Positions 59,111-64,000 of a stretch of 64,000 nucleotides of DNA are shown here, one piece after another. This DNA is from Patescibacteria group bacterium. Lineage in GTDB: Bacteria; Patescibacteriota; Patescibacteriia; SG8-24; DYFX01. The translations under genes were made by a program, and so were the position numbers. The DNA lies in the NCBI GenBank assembly GCA_030583805.1, contig CP129476.1:669640-733639 (forward strand), in the 5' to 3' direction. Position 1 is the stretch's first letter. Each line of letters opens with the position of its first letter. The notes beneath the pieces were generated by a model. It was not told where the DNA came from. It did no database searches and worked only from the letters and a program-made list of their open reading frames with translations.

Positions 59111-59143
59111 GAAAGAATAGTTAGGTCTCCTAACTATTCTTTC
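59111..59143. promoter_or_regulatory. Probable MarR operator: perfect 15-bp inverted repeat with 3-bp spacer
   Basis: gaaagaatagttagg-tct-cctaactattctttc lies 10-40 bp upstream of the marR start. Confidence 0.55.
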
Positions 59144-59161
59144 ACCTTCGCGACCTGCCTG

Positions 59162-59938
59162 TCAACCTTGCGGCGGCGGCAGGGGCGGAGGCGGCGAGGC
59201 CTTGGGTTTCAGGGCGTGCCTGGGAATCTGCAGTTTTTTGCCGGGACGCAGCGTATACGGGGGCTTCAGCCGATTCACGCGCACGATTTCTTGCCAGCTC
59301 ACTTCAAAACGACTCGAAAGCGTCATGACGGAATCGCCCGGCTCGACACGATAGGCCAGTGAGCGCGAAAGCGGTTTGAGCTTCGGCAGCGGCTTCGGTA
59401 CCGCTTTTTTCGCCGGAGCGGGCTGTGCCGGATCCTTTCCCGTCGCTTTCGCAAAAACCTTCGCAAGCTTCACGTCGCGAGGCCGCATGAGTACGTGCAC
59501 GATGGCGAGTCCGGCGACGAGCGCGGCGGCGGCGCCTCCGGCGACGGCGGGATTCGGCAGCAGCCAAAACGCGTGAGAGGAGATCGTGGCGGACGCGCTT
59601 CCTTCATTTAAGATAATCGTCGCGCGGAGCTGTCCCACGATCGGCGCGTCATGCCAGCGCACGCGCACGTCGACAGTGCTGCCCGGCGGCACGACAACGT
59701 CCTCGATCGGAAGCGAGGCTGGAAGCGAGGTGCCATACACGCTGATTACAACCACGCGACCGCTGGCCATCACGGCCTGCGGACGATCGTTCGCGATCGT
59801 GAACGTCAGCACGCGGTCGACGCCGTCGGGTGCCTGCCGCACGGCGCGTACGTTGAGCGGAGAAATATCTTGCGCCAACGCGGGCATGGCGAGCGCCCAA
59901 AACAGCGTCGAGAGGATGAAGAGGAGCCTGTTGAACAT
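59162..59938 (-). CDS. Secreted/membrane protein with C-terminal LysM domain
   Basis: A signal peptide (MFNRLLFILSTLFWALAMPALAQ), a TM helix, and LysM (YRVEPGDSVMTLSSRFEVSWQEIVRVNRL) are present. Confidence 0.55.
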   Translation of the reverse strand: MFNRLLFILSTLFWALAMPALAQDISPLNVRAVRQAPDGVDRVLTFTIANDRPQAVMASGRVVVISVYGTSLPASLPIEDVVVPPGSTVDVRVRWHDAPIVGQLRATIILNEGSASATISSHAFWLLPNPAVAGGAAAALVAGLAIVHVLMRPRDVKLAKVFAKATGKDPAQPAPAKKAVPKPLPKLKPLSRSLAYRVEPGDSVMTLSSRFEVSWQEIVRVNRLKPPYTLRPGKKLQIPRHALKPKASPPPPLPPPQG

Positions 59939-59975
59939 ATCTGACGATATTGTACCGTATAGCCGAGGTGCCGTC

Positions 59976-60689
59976 ATGAGGAAGTTTGTTCTCACTCTCT
60001 CGCTCCTCGCGTTCCTTTTCTCATCGATTCCCGTTGTTGAGGCGCGTGGCCGGGCGCAGAAGCGCCAAAACGCGGCAGCCGACCGGCACGACCTCGATCG
60101 CATCCGGGATATCCCGCATCTCAAGCGGCTCATCGCCGGCGGGTACCTGGTCAAAATCGATGGAAGCGATACCGACGCCTACGCGATCGCTGACGAGCTC
60201 GGCGAGGAGGATCCCGGAAACCGCGCGCTCTACATGCATGGGCGTCCCTACACGAAAGCGTTTCTCAAAGACCTCCTCGGCAGGGCGCATCGCGAGTTCG
60301 GCAGGGAATACAAAGTCACGTCGCTGACGCGCACGTGGGAGTACCAGCGCCTGCTGTGCAAATCGAATGACAACGCCATCTGCGGCGGCAAGGGCTGGAA
60401 GCGTTCATCCCATCTCACCGGCGCGACCGTCGACATTTCCTACGTCGGCTTCTCAAAAAGCGAACATCGCTGGTTCCGTCGTGAGTTGGATGCGCTCCAA
60501 AAGCGCGGCACGATCATCTACATCAAGGAGTACGCTCAGTCGTGCTACCACATCATGGTGCTGCCGACCTACGGCAAAGGCAGCAAGGCGAAAGCCACCA
60601 AGAAAGCCAAGCCTACCAAGAAGGCAAAGGCCAAGAAACCTCAGAAGAAGAAAAAGAAGCGCGGAAAGAAGCGCAAGCGGTCCCGATAA
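59976..60689 (+). CDS. Peptidase M15 (VanY-like D-Ala-D-Ala carboxypeptidase fold) with Lys-rich C-terminal tail
   Basis: A signal peptide is followed by the zinc-binding signature SSHLTGATVDIS (S-x-H-x-x-G-x-A-x-D). The C-terminus is KAKATKKAKPTKKAKAKKPQKKKKKRGKKRKRSR. Confidence 0.6.
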   Translation: MRKFVLTLSLLAFLFSSIPVVEARGRAQKRQNAAADRHDLDRIRDIPHLKRLIAGGYLVKIDGSDTDAYAIADELGEEDPGNRALYMHGRPYTKAFLKDLLGRAHREFGREYKVTSLTRTWEYQRLLCKSNDNAICGGKGWKRSSHLTGATVDISYVGFSKSEHRWFRRELDALQKRGTIIYIKEYAQSCYHIMVLPTYGKGSKAKATKKAKPTKKAKAKKPQKKKKKRGKKRKRSR

Positions 60690-60757
60690 CTCGGGGCCTT
60701 TTTTATGCACATGAATGTAAAGTTGACTTAACGTAAAGCATACTTTACACTCAGGAC

Positions 60758-60961
60758 ATGCCTGTACACATCATCAATCGTCTTCGCGAGCTGCGCGCTG
60801 AGCACGCCATGACGCAAGAAACGCTGGCAGAGGACGTCGGCGTTTCCCGCCAAACGATCATCGCCATCGAAAAGGGACAGTACACGCCGTCCCTGCTTCT
60901 GGCCATGAAGATCGCCTCCCGCTTCCGCAAGCGCGTCGAGGATATTTTTGCCCTCAAATAA
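60758..60961 (+). CDS. XRE-family (Cro/CI-type) HTH transcriptional regulator
   Basis: 67 aa with MTQETLAEDVGVSRQTIIAIEKGQYTPSLLLAMKIA. Confidence 0.8.
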   Translation: MPVHIINRLRELRAEHAMTQETLAEDVGVSRQTIIAIEKGQYTPSLLLAMKIASRFRKRVEDIFALK

Positions 60962-60965
60962 TCCT

Positions 60966-61250
60966 ATGGAGATGCAACCCATGCTCGAAATGATCCTGCC
61001 GACCTTGGCCGCTGTGGCCGCCCTGATCGTCCTGGCCTTCGGCCTGGCCGAGGGGCGGGGCGACGAGCGCGATGCGCTTCACCGCTACTTGGCCAGTCGC
61101 ACCGGTTTCTTGCTCGCCCTGCCCGTCTTGGCCGTCGGTACGCTCTGGCAAACGTACACACACACGCTGGATCCCTGGCTCCTCGGCACCCTGATCGCCG
61201 CGACGCTCGGAAAAGTTATCGGCCTCCTGTACGGACGCGTTACACACTAA
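60966..61250 (+). CDS. Small two-TM membrane protein co-transcribed with the XRE regulator
   Basis: MEMQPMLEMILPTLAAVAALIVLAF... It abuts the XRE gene stop. Confidence 0.5.
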   Translation: MEMQPMLEMILPTLAAVAALIVLAFGLAEGRGDERDALHRYLASRTGFLLALPVLAVGTLWQTYTHTLDPWLLGTLIAATLGKVIGLLYGRVTH

Positions 61251-61259
61251 CCTTCTTCT

Positions 61260-61892
61260 ATGAAAAACACGTTCGCTCTCACGCTCGGATCCGCTCTGTT
61301 CGTTCTGGTAGGCGCCGGCTGCACCACAGCCCCCGTCGTGCCGGATCTCCCGACCGAACCGCCCGCGATGATGCAGGAAGAAAAAGAGGCTGACGCGATG
61401 GAAAAGAAAGAGGACGCCATGATGGAAGGTGAGAGGGACAACAACGTTATGATGGAAAAGGAGGGCGACGCCATAATGGAAGACGGGGGTGGCGTGCGAA
61501 TCGGAGGCGCAATGCTGACGGAAGATGAAGCCGAAGTCGCGAACGAAATGATGGCGCCTGAACCGCGCCCGTACTACATCGCGTATACCGAGACGGCAGC
61601 CGCATCGGCACTGCAAAAATCGCGCGCCGTCGTCTATTACTTCTGGGCCTCGTGGTGCCCGATCTGCCGCGCCGAGGAACCGAAGATCAAGACCTGGATC
61701 GAGAACTCCAACCTGCCTGTCGCCGGTTTCCGCGTGAACTACGACACGGAAGCCGCTCTCAAGGCCAAGTACAAAATTCCCTATCAGCACACGACCGTCT
61801 TCCTGAACGCCAAGGGCGAGGAAGTCGAGCGTTTCAACGGCCCCGTGGAAGAAGCGACGTTCATGGCGGCGCTGAAAAAGGCGACGCAATAA
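61260..61892 (+). CDS. Thioredoxin-fold lipoprotein (TlpA/ResA-like thiol-disulfide oxidoreductase)
   Basis: A lipobox (LVGAGC) and an acidic Met/Glu-rich linker precede the CxxC site WASWCPICR. Confidence 0.7.
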   Translation: MKNTFALTLGSALFVLVGAGCTTAPVVPDLPTEPPAMMQEEKEADAMEKKEDAMMEGERDNNVMMEKEGDAIMEDGGGVRIGGAMLTEDEAEVANEMMAPEPRPYYIAYTETAAASALQKSRAVVYYFWASWCPICRAEEPKIKTWIENSNLPVAGFRVNYDTEAALKAKYKIPYQHTTVFLNAKGEEVERFNGPVEEATFMAALKKATQ

Positions 61893-61895
61893 GGT

Positions 61896-62606
61896 ATGAG
61901 CCTGTTCTTTCTTGCCATTGCCGCCGGGTTCCTGACGATTCTCGCTCCCTGCATCCTGCCGGTTCTCCCCTTCTTGCTCGGCACGTCGGGCGGACGATCG
62001 AAGTGGCGCCCAGTCATGATCATCGTCGGTTTCGTGGGCTCGTTCACGCTGATCGGCGCGGCGCTAGCCACCGCGGGAACCTTCCTCGGCATCTCGAACG
62101 ACAATCTTCGCATCCTGGCAGGCGTTCTCCTCATCCTGTTCGGAGCGGCTCTCTTCTTTGAGAAAGCCTACGAACAGCTCGCGATTCGTCTCCAACCCGC
62201 GCTCGCCAAGCTCGGCGCGAACGTCGCGCACGGTTCGGCCACCAAGTCCGACGCCATGTCGGGCCTCTTGGTCGGCTTCAGCCTCGGCCTTGTCTGGTCG
62301 CCGTGTGCCGGACCGATTCTGGGCACGATCCTGACCTTGGCCGCGCGCAGCGCCGACTACGTCACGACGGCGCTCCTCTTCTTCGCCTACGCGCTCGGTG
62401 CCGGCATTCCGATGCTGGGCATCGCCTACGGCAGCCACCGCCTGCAGGAACGCCTCCGCTCCGTCGGCCATCTGCAACCGATACTCAACAAGATCTTCGG
62501 CGCGCTCGTCATCCTGACGGCCATCGCGATTCTCACGGGCTACGACCGCGTCGCGCAGGCGTGGCTCGTCGAACGTTTTCCGCTCGAATCGATCTTGAAA
62601 CTCTGA
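61896..62606 (+). CDS. ccdA: Cytochrome c-type biogenesis / thiol-disulfide electron transporter CcdA (DsbD core)
   Basis: 6 TM segments with the conserved Cys in LAPCILP and WSPCAGP. Confidence 0.8.
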   Translation: MSLFFLAIAAGFLTILAPCILPVLPFLLGTSGGRSKWRPVMIIVGFVGSFTLIGAALATAGTFLGISNDNLRILAGVLLILFGAALFFEKAYEQLAIRLQPALAKLGANVAHGSATKSDAMSGLLVGFSLGLVWSPCAGPILGTILTLAARSADYVTTALLFFAYALGAGIPMLGIAYGSHRLQERLRSVGHLQPILNKIFGALVILTAIAILTGYDRVAQAWLVERFPLESILKL

Positions 62607-62610
62607 CGCC

Positions 62611-63726
62611 ATGAAGACACGCTACCTCTTCGCCATCCTTGCGGGCGCCGCCGCGCTCCTCATCGCCGCCTATGCCGTGTCGGTACGCACCATGGGCATG
62701 GCCGATCTGATGCCGACGAGCCCGTTCGCCAAGCTCACGGTACCGACGAGCGAAGCCACGCTCCCCGTCTTGGCCGAGGCCATGCCGGAATTCACGAACA
62801 TCGCGTCCTGGCTCAACTCCTCGCCGCTCGCCGTCGACGATCTCAAAGGCAAGGTCGTGCTGATCGATTTCTGGACGTACTCCTGCATCAACTGCATCCG
62901 CACGCTTCCGTACGTCACGTCGTGGTACGGAAAGTACGCCGAGAACGATTTCGTCGTGATCGGCGTGCATACGCCCGAGTTCGCGTTCGAAAAGGAAGAA
63001 AAGAACGTGCGCCAGGCGATCGAACGGCACGGCATCCGCTACCCCGTCGCGCTCGACAACGCCTACGGCACCTGGACCGCGTACGGCAACCGCTACTGGC
63101 CGGCGCACTACCTGTTCGATGCCGAAGGCCGTCTTCGCTACTACCACTTTGGCGAAGGGAAATACGACAAAACCGAAGCGGCAATCCAATCGCTCTTAAA
63201 GGAGAACGGCCAGGCGGCCGCCATGCCGCTGACGGAAGGGACGACGCCGGACTTCGCGAAAATCGGCTCGCCGGAAACCTACCTCGGCTACGATCGCATG
63301 AGCGGGCTGGCGAGTCCCGAAACCGTCGCCCGGGACGCCGCGCGCACCTACACGTTCCCGGAGTCGCTCGCCCGCAACACGTTCGGCCTGAGTGGAACCT
63401 GGACGGTCGAGGACGAACGCGCGATCCCGAGCGCCGGCGGCGCGCTCCGCTACCGCTACTCCGCTTCAGCCGCCAACCTGGTCCTCGCGAGCCATCGCCC
63501 TGACGGTCCGGCGCTCCGCGTCGAAGTCCTTCTTGATGGAGGCCCCGTGCCCGAGGCGCTGCAAGGCGCAGACATCAACAATGGCGAGGACGGTACGACC
63601 TACCTGCTCGTGCAGGACGAGCGCCTGTATGAGCTCACGAATGCCCGCGGAACCTACGGCGAGCACCTACTTGAACTGATTTTTAGCGAGCCTGGCGTCT
63701 CCGCCTACGCATTTACATTCGGTTGA
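62611..63726 (+). CDS. Thioredoxin-like domain protein with C-terminal beta-rich domain (DipZ C-terminal-like)
   Basis: A signal/TM segment is followed by the CxxC site YSCINCIR in a TlpA-like fold. The ~170-aa C-terminal domain is unassigned. Confidence 0.65.
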   Translation: MKTRYLFAILAGAAALLIAAYAVSVRTMGMADLMPTSPFAKLTVPTSEATLPVLAEAMPEFTNIASWLNSSPLAVDDLKGKVVLIDFWTYSCINCIRTLPYVTSWYGKYAENDFVVIGVHTPEFAFEKEEKNVRQAIERHGIRYPVALDNAYGTWTAYGNRYWPAHYLFDAEGRLRYYHFGEGKYDKTEAAIQSLLKENGQAAAMPLTEGTTPDFAKIGSPETYLGYDRMSGLASPETVARDAARTYTFPESLARNTFGLSGTWTVEDERAIPSAGGALRYRYSASAANLVLASHRPDGPALRVEVLLDGGPVPEALQGADINNGEDGTTYLLVQDERLYELTNARGTYGEHLLELIFSEPGVSAYAFTFG

Positions 63727-63742
63727 GCTACGATAGTGCCGT

Positions 63743-64000
63743 ATGCATGAACAGTCACCCATGCGAGATACGAACGAGGCCGAACAAGACGTCACGAGCG
63801 AGACGGGCGCGAGAAAATCCTCACCAACAGCCTCAGGAGCTCCGGAAGCGACTTGGCAAGGCAAGATGTTGGAGCCGGATCTTCGCATTCCCCTCTCGGA
63901 CGCCGACGCGCTCGATCAGCTCAATCAGGTGCACCACGAACTCGGCTCTCCGCCGGAAGCCGGCGAATCCGAAACCGTCACGCCTGAAGACGAGCGCGAT
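63743..64000 (+). CDS. Hypothetical acidic protein, 5' fragment (continues beyond the window)
   Basis: An ATG at 63743 opens a frame with no stop to the end of the window. It is not in the ORF track for that reason. Confidence 0.3.
   Translation, partial: MHEQSPMRDTNEAEQDVTSETGARKSSPTASGAPEATWQGKMLEPDLRIPLSDADALDQLNQVHHELGSPPEAGESETVTPEDERD

Overview
This is a high-GC (roughly 65%) bacterial chromosomal segment with tight gene spacing and several 1-4 nt start/stop overlaps. The core gene set is small-genome-like. It includes gyrA, rpsA (4 S1 domains) overlapping ftsH, a YjjX-like NTPase, an orphan pilB/GspE ATPase, tsaE-tsaD, an ECF sigma factor, a Kef-type CPA2 antiporter, a MarR-HlyD-ABC (MacAB-like) efflux operon, a thiol-disulfide/CcdA cluster, and many small membrane proteins and hypotheticals. 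A CPR/Parcubacteria-like or similar reduced lineage is possible, but that is speculative. The most notable feature is a ~6.5 kb low-GC (~45%) island at 18.35-24.86 kb, integrated next to tRNA-Glu(UUC). It carries a large serine recombinase whose 3' end reads through the tRNA, and its cargo looks like defence genes. The cargo is a three-gene operon ending in an OLD-family/PARIS-like ABC-ATPase-Toprim nuclease fusion, a ~480-aa AbiEii/DUF1814-like nucleotidyltransferase with a C-terminal zinc ribbon and no AbiEi partner, and a small HTH protein. A second notable region (35.6-42.9 kb) has two tandem paralogous giant secreted proteins. They share a duplicated promoter and N-terminus and carry nine copies of an undescribed ~47-aa six-cysteine module. 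One paralogue ends in a heparinase II/III-like lyase domain and the other in a different domain. Other features worth a look are a collagen-like secreted protein, a Zn-ribbon protein ending in an orphan sigma-70 region 4, and a repeat-rich membrane protein flanked by a repeated palindromic motif. There is also an unannotated 51-aa C2H2-like zinc-finger ORF and an M15 peptidase with a poly-lysine tail. All calls are from reading the sequence and ORF translations by eye; no database searches were run.
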